Below, in pieces: positions 48,401 through 56,710 of a DNA stretch of 64,000 nucleotides. The DNA comes from a virus: the IMG/VR virus record IMGVR_UViG_3300029267_002792; one strand, given 5' to 3'. The translations under genes were made by a program, and so were the position numbers. Under the pieces are notes generated by a model. That model worked only from the letters and a program-made list of their open reading frames with translations. It was not told the origin of the DNA and did no database searches. How positions within the stretch are numbered: the stretch's first letter is position 1; each line of letters opens with the position of its first letter.

Positions 48401-50779
48401 GTGCGCCTTCTCCGTCCCCGACTTCAAGTACATAGCGTTCACATCGTTCAATGTGAACCACTCGGCAGGGACCGACTGATACCACACTGATGGCACCTCA
48501 GGGTTATCCGAAGCCTCATGGTCGTATCGCCGATATGCCTGCTTTGCGAAGTTCCACCGAGCGAAGTCCCCGTTCGGGAGCAAGGTAAAAACTGCCCCGA
48601 TTTGGGAGCCCTCCGTCACCTTGTACGTGGAAAGGCCGTGCACGTCCACCTCCCCCGTAGGCTTCAGACTGAGATGCGCACCCGTCTCAAGGCCCAGGAT
48701 GTCCTGGTTCGTCAAGACCTCGCCGGTCTTCTCAAACACCTTTCCCTTCGTCGGATTCACCTTCAGGACAGCATACTTGCCCTTCGAATACTGAACGAAC
48801 TTCCCGTTCGGGAGGACAATTGCCTCAGTTCCAGCGCTGTCCATCACCTGGGCAAAGTCCTTGCCACCAATCAGAGCTGTTGAGAGCGCTCGATGGTGGC
48901 CAGGAGGAGTCCAAATGTGGGCGGTGTTGTAGAAGCTGTCGCTCGACGCGTCGTACTTGTATAGGATATAGGCACCGTTAGGCCCGGACCACTTGCCAAC
49001 CTTGTTGTCCGGCAACATGCTGTACGTATCTTTGTGGTAGGACCCCGTCGAGTAGCCTTTGGGGTCGCTCTTTCCCGTCGGCTTCAACATCCCAGCCAAA
49101 GCAGCGGATATCGCCGGCTTCTTCGGCGGCGAGGACTTTGCCCAGGTGATGGGCAGTGGCGGTGCAGGAGCTTTCTTCGGCTTCGGCGGAAGCCCTCCGC
49201 CAGCCTGAACCGCCATCTTCTGCACCTGCTTCAAGTTGATCCATTCGGGCGGGTGGGTCGGGTAGTAGTTGTAGTCCCCGAAAATATCCCGCCACTCCCA
49301 GTAGAGGTACTTGTTCGCTTTAGCGTCCCATCGTGAAAGCCGGCTATTCGGGAGGAGTGTCAGCTCGTGCACCTCCTCATCCTCGTCGTCCGGGGTTGAA
49401 ACAACCATCGGAAAGCCATGCAGGTCCTTCTTGGAGATCAGCTTGCAGCCCTCAGGCAACGGATACGCGTGCGTTGAAACCTGAGGCTTGCCCGCCCCGG
49501 CATGGGAGACCTTGTGATAGCGCCCCTTCTTGACCGCCAACGACAGAGCCTGGAGCAGCTGATCCGCCTCATCCACCGTGACCGTGTCCCCATGCTTCGA
49601 GTACATGAACCCGTAATGCGGGTTGTACTCGTACACCAGGTAGTGACCGGCGTTGGGCTTCCACCGGGCAACCCGATCATCCGGCAGGAGCGTGAGCCCT
49701 TTGACTACATCTTCGTCCTCGTAATCTCCCTCTGGCACCTCGTCCACGAGAGGGAGCCCATTCGGGTCCGTCATCCCCGTGTACACCGTCAAGTGCGGGG
49801 CCGGCTCAGGCTCGTCCGACAAAACCATCTTCGTTCCCGGCTCGGGCACAGAAGGGGCACCCTTAGGCGAGGAGGGCTCCTCAGGCTCCGGGGCAGCCTT
49901 GGCCTTAGACTTCTTTGCCTTGGGCTTATTCGGCGGTTCTGGAGCTACTCCGGCCGCCTGCAGCGGCTCGTGCTCCTTGTGAGGTTCATCCGCGTGGACC
50001 CAGTGGTCGGTCACGCTGATCCACTTCACCTTCGTACCATCCGGTGCCGTAGCCACTACGTGCGTCGGCGTCACCTTCTGGACAGCATAATTCGGAGGTA
50101 GCTCAAAATGCTCCGGAGGCTTTGCGTCCGGCTCGTCTTTCCCCGGCACCTGGGGCAGCTTCGGAGGAGCGGCCTGAACATCCCCCAACTTATACTTCGG
50201 AGCGTTCCACACCACCATCATGCCGTCCTCCTCTACGACGGCATAGTAGACCCCCTCCGAAGCGTCCCACTGGCCGAACTTACCGTTAGGAAGGACCGAA
50301 AACTCTTCTCCCGAATTCTCGTCCTCTCCCATCGGATACCCGTTGGGGTCCTTCTCCGCCGTCCAAACAACCCCAGACGGCACCTTCAAAGCTGCAACCT
50401 TTTTCCCAGATGCAGACAGGACGGGGGGCTTGAACTTAGCCTTGACGGAGGCCCCTAGTAGTTGATCCGGCTCCAGCGAATCCCCAGCCTTCCAGGTCGC
50501 TGGGTAGATATCAGCAGGACCCGAGTACGAGGTCGGGTCGATCATTCCGGCATACGTGATCACCTGATTCGGCCACCCCAGCTTCGCGCTGAACTTCTGC
50601 ACGTGCGAGTTCAGCAGCTTCGACGGCCCAACGATCTTCCCACCCGGAGACCGCAACCAAACCCACACGTGGCTTGAAGACCAATCAAAAACAGGAATGA
50701 ATTTCTCAGGGTTTGGCCCTTTCTTCGCTTCTAGCAGGGCCGGCAAGGGCTGTTCCGTGACTTCAGTCATTACACCCAT
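45485..50779 (-). CDS. Giant multidomain (polyvalent-like) protein: repeats + PI3/4K/HipA-like kinase + ART-like domain (about 1764 aa)
   Basis: About 7 copies of a DPxG..LLPxG..W..Y module; kinase YLFKP...DWLMSQHDSFAAN...GIDK; C-terminal ILKS...ER..G, TGGAD, EIQIRRGVP. GAGAGG favours ATG 50779. Confidence 0.65.
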   Translation of the reverse strand: MGVMTEVTEQPLPALLEAKKGPNPEKFIPVFDWSSSHVWVWLRSPGGKIVGPSKLLNSHVQKFSAKLGWPNQVITYAGMIDPTSYSGPADIYPATWKAGDSLEPDQLLGASVKAKFKPPVLSASGKKVAALKVPSGVVWTAEKDPNGYPMGEDENSGEEFSVLPNGKFGQWDASEGVYYAVVEEDGMMVVWNAPKYKLGDVQAAPPKLPQVPGKDEPDAKPPEHFELPPNYAVQKVTPTHVVATAPDGTKVKWISVTDHWVHADEPHKEHEPLQAAGVAPEPPNKPKAKKSKAKAAPEPEEPSSPKGAPSVPEPGTKMVLSDEPEPAPHLTVYTGMTDPNGLPLVDEVPEGDYEDEDVVKGLTLLPDDRVARWKPNAGHYLVYEYNPHYGFMYSKHGDTVTVDEADQLLQALSLAVKKGRYHKVSHAGAGKPQVSTHAYPLPEGCKLISKKDLHGFPMVVSTPDDEDEEVHELTLLPNSRLSRWDAKANKYLYWEWRDIFGDYNYYPTHPPEWINLKQVQKMAVQAGGGLPPKPKKAPAPPLPITWAKSSPPKKPAISAALAGMLKPTGKSDPKGYSTGSYHKDTYSMLPDNKVGKWSGPNGAYILYKYDASSDSFYNTAHIWTPPGHHRALSTALIGGKDFAQVMDSAGTEAIVLPNGKFVQYSKGKYAVLKVNPTKGKVFEKTGEVLTNQDILGLETGAHLSLKPTGEVDVHGLSTYKVTEGSQIGAVFTLLPNGDFARWNFAKQAYRRYDHEASDNPEVPSVWYQSVPAEWFTLNDVNAMYLKSGTEKAHPEDTHLKPADTLKLTGSVDPNSYPYVEVTSGVSKGLVLSMLPNGVYAKWRKVVSLYHVYAYRPDMGAWAAASPQKMFSLSDLESSGAVPEEPEPEPTPAPKAPPTAVFVTPQGDLPDPNTLEDIGAASLKGVGKKTRLRDPETGKLYLFKPALPKTGPKKTQAFKAKSQEAFAAIAAVGRPDAHVPVETVKYKGQLGTLQPMLDLDEAQPDLAGVPPADLTEQQKVDVASEHLLDWLMSQHDSFAANLVLTKDGRIVGIDKEQGWKYVDHATQSDRLATDYKPNSVLYGEQEPYYNKFWKAFADGSMSFDPEAMKATLENLEAMDPRKMEAALEDYAASRDDMRGPTKAYDRYAFVKKMLSRKNTLRYDFEQFITEQYEKRTGKKGKFTFNTGWVPEGETVGPKFQTISQSAREWILSEFGPKALKPHNEFPELVLVRVDRLEPVTKVQEFLSTMGVEPATHDPDGGLIPNNPIFGSNYNSVIVRADDLNKVVTKEQEIKQDPGQKYADHLGSPTYLSQVLAPEASPGDIEGLSKVHTMQLGPLGRDFTLDADAVEQQTASVQRVVEDGETYYRVHFKLREPYWRSLQNLGKSSTFTWSLGAYDGGQDALVVSEGYQTGALSKPARHWKFGKDELYVMTDSASYTFMGSVYAIVRSGGDKVRSVLDKMLKAVGVAGQVMKNPTKEDMRLYNLSQALWYLSPKSHQTLVAGGDMTAEAITKKLKGHLAKDEIDSIRQVRGTVGRGAAMVPGLWRKLGGGTPEKPAVRFVFWNVNKTSLPKILKSAATGIHERVRMGLPGGGSGTGASETTDIETGGADTTTMRISTAQAKNTAISTVGNVRRPVRLIIAPELLDRLDVSIASGDAFGCQNPVHHSKGHYFKNRKGMSAAIKSFDGGGSATHRGNTEIQIRRGVPPHLIKRACVSSESVRKVVLEECEKAGITEHNKVPIEDFVVVEDNAGSIYNKYLKPLGY

Positions 50780-50875
50780 GGTCAAGCCTCTCGAATCGAT
50801 CCACCGGACGACTCTATGAGTACCATAGGTTAGCGACAAACTCGAAGCCCTTGTAGGAAACGAGACGACAACGCA

Positions 50876-51676
50876 TCAAAAGCAAACGTCGTCTTGGACT
50901 GGCTCAGCCTTCTTCGGGGAGGCGTCTTTCTCAAGGACGTCCGCGAGTGCCTGGAGTGCGGGTCCAACCACAGTGTTGATATCCTTCGCGTGCCCCTTGC
51001 AGTGCGCTCCGATCTTCTTCACCGCCTCGCGCGTCTTCTTATCCATGGAGATGTAGAAGTGCTCCCGGCGGCCGTAAGTGAAGATCATGAACGAGAGCTG
51101 AACCGTGTCCCCGTAGCTCGACCACAGCTCATTGAGAATCCGCTCCAGGTCCTTCAGGGTCTTCGCCTCTTTCGCCTTCTCGGTGAACTCTTTCTGCTTC
51201 TCCTTCGGAAGCGCCGCCTTGGAGAGACCCTGCTTGATACCACTGACAAGCTTGTCCCATGCATTCTGGTCCGTGTAGGCAAACAGATTCTGAAGAGCGT
51301 CCTCCCCGTACTTCTTCGCCATCTGGCGATATAGAATCGCCATCTTGTCTGGATTGACCTTCCCAGTCAGCGCGTTCAGACGAACTGTTACGAGCTTCTG
51401 AAGCTCCTCATCCTGCCACCGGGGTCCCTCCAGCACCATCACCGGAATCGTGCCGAGACGCAGCTCCCTCGCCGCCGCTACGCGATGTTCGCCTCCGACG
51501 ATCCGATACCGACCGCCCTCGATCGGGACGACCTGTACAGGGGCGATGAACCCAACGTCTTCAATCTCCCGAATGAGACGATTGAAGTCGTCCTGCTCCA
51601 TGAAATTCGGGTTCCATGGGTTGTTGTCGAGAAGCCCAGGGTCCAGGTTCTCCAGTCGTGTAGGAACGTCGGTCAT
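50876..51676 (-). CDS. ParB-like N-terminal domain protein (266 aa)
   Basis: NPWNPN.M...F..L...I...GF..PV.V...YRIVGGEHR..AA. Confidence 0.85.
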   Translation of the reverse strand: MTDVPTRLENLDPGLLDNNPWNPNFMEQDDFNRLIREIEDVGFIAPVQVVPIEGGRYRIVGGEHRVAAARELRLGTIPVMVLEGPRWQDEELQKLVTVRLNALTGKVNPDKMAILYRQMAKKYGEDALQNLFAYTDQNAWDKLVSGIKQGLSKAALPKEKQKEFTEKAKEAKTLKDLERILNELWSSYGDTVQLSFMIFTYGRREHFYISMDKKTREAVKKIGAHCKGHAKDINTVVGPALQALADVLEKDASPKKAEPVQDDVCF

Positions 51677-51912
51677 CGCTCGGATAGGACTACAGCCAGA
51701 TTCTGGCACTTGCCTGCGACAAGAATCAGCTCCCCGGTGAGCTGACGCATGAAGGCATCCAACTTCGCCTCAGCATCTTGAGTCGGAATGTCGATCCCTG
51801 GGAGTCCCTTCCCCACTGCCTCCCGCCACTTCTTCACGAGCTTCTCCACGCTCTCCAGCTCCTCGTGAATGTTGTCTGGAGACACAGGCAGCGTTATACC
51901 AACGTCCGTCAT
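51673..51912 (-). CDS. Hypothetical helical protein (79 aa)
   Basis: ATGA overlaps on both sides. Confidence 0.65.
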   Translation of the reverse strand: MTDVGITLPVSPDNIHEELESVEKLVKKWREAVGKGLPGIDIPTQDAEAKLDAFMRQLTGELILVAGKCQNLAVVLSER

Positions 51913-52772
51913 TCGGAATCCTCCATAGCCTCGGCCGCCTTCTCCAAAGCGTCCATCCCGTACTCAATCAACCACGTCTTGGCATCTATGACTACAAGCC
52001 GCTTCCCCATCAAGCGCTCGAACTTCGCCAGGAAAACGAGATGCCGATGTGGGTCGTCCGGACGCTTGAAGTCGTTCGTGCTGAGGAAGTCAGTGCAAAT
52101 GAGGTCGAGACAGTGCCCCGACTTGGTGGAGTTTGCGAGCTGCTTTGCTCGATCCAAAGCCATCTCGATATTCGCCTTCTGTTCGGGCGTGAGGCGGAAC
52201 TTCAGATCCTTGAATCGCCCAATGTCGTCCGGAGGGTCTACGCCTTTGAACTCGTCGTCCTCGTCCTCGTCTACTGTACCGACAGCTGCCGCCTGGTCAT
52301 GCTTCTCTTGGTCCTTGAGAGCCCGCCGAACGGCTTCGCACAGCTCGTTGTAATTCAGATGCTCCGCCACCTCCACCCACTTCTCCGCATTGTGCTCGTC
52401 GAGCACCCGTATCAACTCACGAACCTTCGTCCACCCCAGGGCGATGATCTTCCGGCGAGCGCGGTCGTCGAGCTTCCCTCCGAGTGTAACATGGAGATGG
52501 TGCCAGATAGCCTTTAGGACCTCCGCCTTCCGGCGCCGAATTCCCAGCTCCTCCTCCGCCCACTGGACATAACTGTCGTACCCCCAAGCCACCGTCACAC
52601 AGGCGTTGTGGCGCTCCCCGTTGATCGGCGTGGACCACACCGTGTGCAGGATTTCAGCCAGCTCCATGTACCCCTGGTCGATCGACTTGACGAGCATCCT
52701 CGCTCTACGTCGGATCTTCGTACCCCAGTTTTCCGTACCGGGAGCATCGGCTATCGAAGCGACGGCACTCAT
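51909..52772 (-). CDS. Putative DNA-binding protein (287 aa)
   Basis: GYDSY.QWAEEELGI..RKA..L and IALGWTK..EL pattern seen in phage DNA-binding proteins; RHH-like C-terminal segment. Confidence 0.55.
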   Translation of the reverse strand: MSAVASIADAPGTENWGTKIRRRARMLVKSIDQGYMELAEILHTVWSTPINGERHNACVTVAWGYDSYVQWAEEELGIRRRKAEVLKAIWHHLHVTLGGKLDDRARRKIIALGWTKVRELIRVLDEHNAEKWVEVAEHLNYNELCEAVRRALKDQEKHDQAAAVGTVDEDEDDEFKGVDPPDDIGRFKDLKFRLTPEQKANIEMALDRAKQLANSTKSGHCLDLICTDFLSTNDFKRPDDPHRHLVFLAKFERLMGKRLVVIDAKTWLIEYGMDALEKAAEAMEDSE

Positions 52773-53080
52773 TCGCGACCTTCCTTCACAAATACGATTT
52801 CCCTCGCCCGGATTTCAGTGAGCCGCCCGTACTTACCGTCCCGGTTCATCAGCTCCCCATCCACGATCACGTAACCCCCGCACATCAGCTGACCCCGACA
52901 AACCTTGATCAGCGCATCGAGGTACACATTCACCTTCACCCACGCCGTGATGGTGGTACCGTTCGCCACTCGATCCGACGCCATGGTGAAGGACAACGCC
53001 GACCCCCCACCTGGCATCGTCCCGTAGTGGATATCCCGAGACACATTGCCAGATATGATCGTACGATTTATACCTCTCAC
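52769..53080 (-). CDS. ssb: Short bacterial-type OB-fold ssDNA-binding protein lacking the acidic tail (103 aa)
   Basis: INRTIISGNVSRD...G....F..AS...W..V.V...G..VIVDGEL...EIRA..I.F. Confidence 0.8.
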   Translation of the reverse strand: MRGINRTIISGNVSRDIHYGTMPGGGSALSFTMASDRVANGTTITAWVKVNVYLDALIKVCRGQLMCGGYVIVDGELMNRDGKYGRLTEIRAREIVFVKEGRE

Positions 53081-53084
53081 CTTC

Positions 53085-53666
53085 TCACCCAGACATCCCC
53101 CGTGCCATCTTCAGCACATCCGTATCGAGGCATGTCACCACAGCTCCGGCCGCATCGAATCCGTGCTCCCACTGCCCATTAGGCTGGGGAGGCTTTCGCG
53201 CCGGAAACCGAGTCTTGAAAGCATCGAACTGCCCCGGGTACCTGCCCTCCATCACACGTCGTACATCCTCCTTGGAGGCCGATTTGTCGTCGCACAGCGC
53301 CTTCTTGATCTCTTGCGGGCTGGCCTGAACCAACGGAAGCTGGTGCACAAGGCACAAATCCGCAACCACACCCCACGCCAAAGCAAGCTTCACAGCCGCA
53401 CTGGCATTCCTCGGGTAGGAAGCCGACTCGGCAGCGAACACCATCGGGCAGTACTCTCGCACGATTTCATGTAGGACAGCCCCGATAGCTTGGGATCTCC
53501 GAAAATTGTCATCCGCTACCTTGACCCCGCGCTTCTTCGCCGAAGGCTGCGTCCGGATGACATCCGTCCGAACGATCTCCTCATACGAGTCCCTCAGCCG
53601 TACGACACTGAACCCGAACGAAGCAAAACCAGGGTCTGCCCCCAAAATAAAAACTTCACGTCCCAT
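53085..53666 (-). CDS. ruvC: RuvC-like Holliday junction resolvase (193 aa)
   Basis: ILGADPGFASFGF; ES..Y; SPQEIKKAL...ASKEDV; H..DA. Confidence 0.85.
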   Translation of the reverse strand: MGREVFILGADPGFASFGFSVVRLRDSYEEIVRTDVIRTQPSAKKRGVKVADDNFRRSQAIGAVLHEIVREYCPMVFAAESASYPRNASAAVKLALAWGVVADLCLVHQLPLVQASPQEIKKALCDDKSASKEDVRRVMEGRYPGQFDAFKTRFPARKPPQPNGQWEHGFDAAGAVVTCLDTDVLKMARGMSG

Positions 53667-54099
53667 CCGTCCCTCCGAACTTCGCCATCAGCGCTCGCTG
53701 TGCAGCCACACGTGAAGTCACTGCGATAGAAGCCAAAATGCGATCAGCGTCCGAACAAGACCAGAGTCTGCCGGCGTCATCTCTTCTAAAGATCTCCCTG
53801 GATGTTAACTCCACCGCGCGGAGCATCTTATCCACATCCGTCCGCCTAGCCCTCCCCCAGTCCGACTGATATAGCCAACAGAGCGAGCAGACCGGCTGAC
53901 CCTTCTTCTGTGCACCATCCTCGAAGACCTCCCACACCGACTGCATCTTGTCGCACCATGAGCAGGCGTGCCCCCACAGCGCCGGGGGTAGGGGGCGCAC
54001 TACCTTCGGATCGATAATCAAGGGTTGGTGGGACCTGCGAACTTCAAGACCGTCGCTCATCACGCGGCCTCCCGGAAGCACTGCCTCGCTACCGAGCAC
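53656..54099 (-). CDS. Hypothetical zinc-finger protein (up to 147 aa)
   Basis: CSWC...CSLC. Confidence 0.55.
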   Translation of the reverse strand: MLGSEAVLPGGRVMSDGLEVRRSHQPLIIDPKVVRPLPPALWGHACSWCDKMQSVWEVFEDGAQKKGQPVCSLCWLYQSDWGRARRTDVDKMLRAVELTSREIFRRDDAGRLWSCSDADRILASIAVTSRVAAQRALMAKFGGTDGT

Positions 54100-54905
54100 A
54101 CCTCGGCCCGCTTACAGTCCGGAGAGGCGCAAATGCGATCAGGGAGCTTCCCCCCTTCAACCCCGGTCCAGATAGCGCGTATCAAATTCTGAATGGCCTC
54201 GACGTGGTCATCATCGTACTCGATGGTGTGCTCGATCAGTCCCCGCATTCCAACGGTGCCCTTGTCCCAGTAGAGAACCTTCCCCCATCGGCAGTCGGTC
54301 ATCCACATGTAGCACTGAATCTGGGCCACGTGGTCCAGCTTCGCACAGTTACGGACCTCGTAGGCACCTCGGGGGCTGATCGACTTCACCTCGAGAAGAC
54401 CCAGACCCGGCATCCCGGAAAGGCGAATGAAGCCGTCAGGGTGACCGGCTATGCGGTATTCCGGTTCCTTCACCCACTGCTCCTGATAGAGACTGTTGTC
54501 GGATGTCAAGCCAGTCTTACACTCTGGGCAGACCTTTGGACGCAGAATCTGCGAGGACTCAAAGCCTTCCATGTCCGCGCCGTCCCACTCATCCTTCCCA
54601 CCCAAATACGCCCCGCAAGACCCACACAACCACCGACCATAGAGAGTTTTCGTCAGGGGTAAGATCCGATTCTGCAAGTCCCAATGCAGACCATTGCCGT
54701 GCTCGAAGATCATCATGAGGTCGGCGTCGACCGCGTCTTCCCTCACAATCCCGTACCGGACACATAGGATCTCCTCCCGCGCACACATCATCGCGAGCCC
54801 AGATACTCGAATCCACATGTCGTGAGTCAGAGGAGGTTTGTCTCGTCGCTCAGGTATTGCCTTCCGGATCAGCGCTCGGAGGTCCCCATGAGCTTCCTTA
54901 CCCAT
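54060..54905 (-). CDS. Cas4-like PD-(D/E)xK exonuclease (281 aa)
   Basis: N-terminal Cys (MCAR), GHPDG, LLEVKS, QIQCY, C-terminal C..C/C.....C cluster; internal CGSC/CPEC. Confidence 0.8.
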   Translation of the reverse strand: MGKEAHGDLRALIRKAIPERRDKPPLTHDMWIRVSGLAMMCAREEILCVRYGIVREDAVDADLMMIFEHGNGLHWDLQNRILPLTKTLYGRWLCGSCGAYLGGKDEWDGADMEGFESSQILRPKVCPECKTGLTSDNSLYQEQWVKEPEYRIAGHPDGFIRLSGMPGLGLLEVKSISPRGAYEVRNCAKLDHVAQIQCYMWMTDCRWGKVLYWDKGTVGMRGLIEHTIEYDDDHVEAIQNLIRAIWTGVEGGKLPDRICASPDCKRAEVCSVARQCFREAA

Positions 54906-55222
54906 CGTCCGACACCCTTCCCTTCGTCCGTCTCCTCACCGTCGTCAGTCTCTCCGAGCACTTCACCTAGGCCGCGATAGCACGCTCTCAACAACTCGGC
55001 GCCCTCACTATCCGTCGTCTCTTGCCCGCAACCAGAGCAAATCCACCACCCTTTGGAGGAGTCCCATTCTAGCAGCTCATCACAGACAATGCACTCCAGG
55101 TCCAGACGGAGATTTTGGTCGCTCCCGGAAAGAATCACACGCACGCGATCAAAAGCCGGCACAACAAGATGCTGGCGTATCTTCTCGAGGTGTCGGTACA
55201 GGACCGGCTTCCCGGACATCAC
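54869..55222 (-). CDS. Zinc-ribbon protein (117 aa)
   Basis: CIVC...WICSGCG. Confidence 0.6.
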   Translation of the reverse strand: MMSGKPVLYRHLEKIRQHLVVPAFDRVRVILSGSDQNLRLDLECIVCDELLEWDSSKGWWICSGCGQETTDSEGAELLRACYRGLGEVLGETDDGEETDEGKGVGRWVRKLMGTSER

Positions 55223-55716
55223 TCCTCCCTCAACACAGCCAGCAACCGCTCAGCAACGTCCAGAGGAAGCATCATCCAGTCTTCCGCGTGGTTTTGCGCT
55301 TTCTCGAAGTGGAGTACCACGGTCGGGATCTTCAATCGGCGATTCGCCCCCTCGGTGACCTTCGCTAACCACACACGCTGCACCCCTATGGACTTTGTTC
55401 CAGGCTCTGCGCGCTTATGCTCGATGTGGAGATCCGGAGCCGTGATGTCCCCGCAGTCGGTAGTCGGGTCGTAGCGTGACCAAGCCATACCGCCAGAGCG
55501 TTTCAAAGCTCTACCCCCCAAGCGTTCGGCCACTTTCCGCTCCTCGCGTGTCGACCTCTTACCCCGTTCGTAATTCGGATCGAAAACCTTCGGGCGTGGC
55601 CCTACCCCGCCGTCAAAGTTGCCATCAGAACGTCGCCGTACTTTTTCTTCAGCGCCGGCTCCGCCACCATCCGCTTCAGCAGGGCAGACTTCGACTTGTA
55701 TTTCTCTCCGAGGCAT
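55219..55716 (-). CDS. Hjc-like PD-(D/E)xK resolvase/nuclease (start uncertain, up to 165 aa)
   Basis: G...ER.VA..LGG...SG...GDI....IEHK...W..K....A....IP.VV. Confidence 0.7.
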   Translation of the reverse strand: MPRREIQVEVCPAEADGGGAGAEEKVRRRSDGNFDGGVGPRPKVFDPNYERGKRSTREERKVAERLGGRALKRSGGMAWSRYDPTTDCGDITAPDLHIEHKRAEPGTKSIGVQRVWLAKVTEGANRRLKIPTVVLHFEKAQNHAEDWMMLPLDVAERLLAVLREE

Positions 55717-56705
55717 ACCCAGCCACTCCCTTCCTTCCGAACCAGGCTCACCCTGATCCCCATATCCACCATGGCCGGCTCGTCGTAGACCTCGCCCTTC
55801 CGCTTGATCGTGGTGTCAGCCAGCATTAGCCGCCACTCCCCCTCAATCTTCGCCCCTGCTGACTTGTTCTTCTCCACCCTGAACGACAAATCCACGTGTA
55901 TGGGCCTCCCTGTCGTCTCATCCATCTCGTACTTGCCACCGTACGTCTTAGTCTCGGTAGTAGCTGAGAACCCAGGAGCTAGGCCCCCAGGCTGAGTCTC
56001 GGGGTTACCGAACAGAAGCCCAACCTTCATCCGAATCTGATTCGTGAACAGCAGAGTGGGCCTGCGACCGGTCACACTTCCCATGTGGTTCAACGCAGCC
56101 CCGAACTTGCGGATACCTCGACCCAGCACCCGAGCCTGCTCGGCCTGTAAGGCCTTAGCCGTCGACTCTTCGATCTCCTTGGCAGGAGTAAGAAAGGCCA
56201 AAGAATCGATAACGAGGAAGTCCACATCCCCAGACCGGAGTAGCGCTTCGGCAATGTCAAGGGTCTGCTCCGCGTACTCAGGCACCGACAACAGCACCCG
56301 ATCGGGGTTCACACCGTGGAGGCGAGCCCACTCGTGGTCCCACGAGCCTTCTACGTCCAGAAAGGCGCAAAGGGTTTCACGGAAATCTCCGCACGAGCAC
56401 TCGCCAGTCTCTTCATCCGGAAAGGTGTAGCAGTTGGCACACATCTTCTGAGCGTTACCCATAGCCCGGAAGCACAGCACCGTCTTACCCGTGCTCTTGT
56501 GTCCCCAGATTATGTTGGCTCGCCCCGCCGGGAACCCGCCGCCTCCGAGCGCGTAGTCGTAGAAAAAGATCCCTGTAGGTATGCGGGGAACGCTCTTGAT
56601 CCGGAACTCGTCAGCCGGAGTCAGAATGTTGCTCCCGTGCTTCTTCTTGATCTTCTTGATCAACTCGCTCGACATGAGCGCCTTGAGACGATCTTCAGCC
56701 ATCAA
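55602..56705 (-). CDS. recA: RecA-family recombinase with zinc-knuckle insertion (367 aa)
   Basis: IPTG...DYALG.GG.P.GR; GHKSTGKT; FLDVEG; VIDSLAFL.P..E; QARVLG; NQIRMKVG..FGNPET.PGG. Confidence 0.93.
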   Translation of the reverse strand: MMAEDRLKALMSSELIKKIKKKHGSNILTPADEFRIKSVPRIPTGIFFYDYALGGGGFPAGRANIIWGHKSTGKTVLCFRAMGNAQKMCANCYTFPDEETGECSCGDFRETLCAFLDVEGSWDHEWARLHGVNPDRVLLSVPEYAEQTLDIAEALLRSGDVDFLVIDSLAFLTPAKEIEESTAKALQAEQARVLGRGIRKFGAALNHMGSVTGRRPTLLFTNQIRMKVGLLFGNPETQPGGLAPGFSATTETKTYGGKYEMDETTGRPIHVDLSFRVEKNKSAGAKIEGEWRLMLADTTIKRKGEVYDEPAMVDMGIRVSLVRKEGSGWVCLGEKYKSKSALLKRMVAEPALKKKYGDVLMATLTAG

Positions 56706-56710
56706 GCCTC

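Noticed and set aside
54060-54905. Cas4-like gene as evidence of a CRISPR-Cas locus
   Set aside because: No repeat-spacer array, cas1 or other cas gene is visible in the window.
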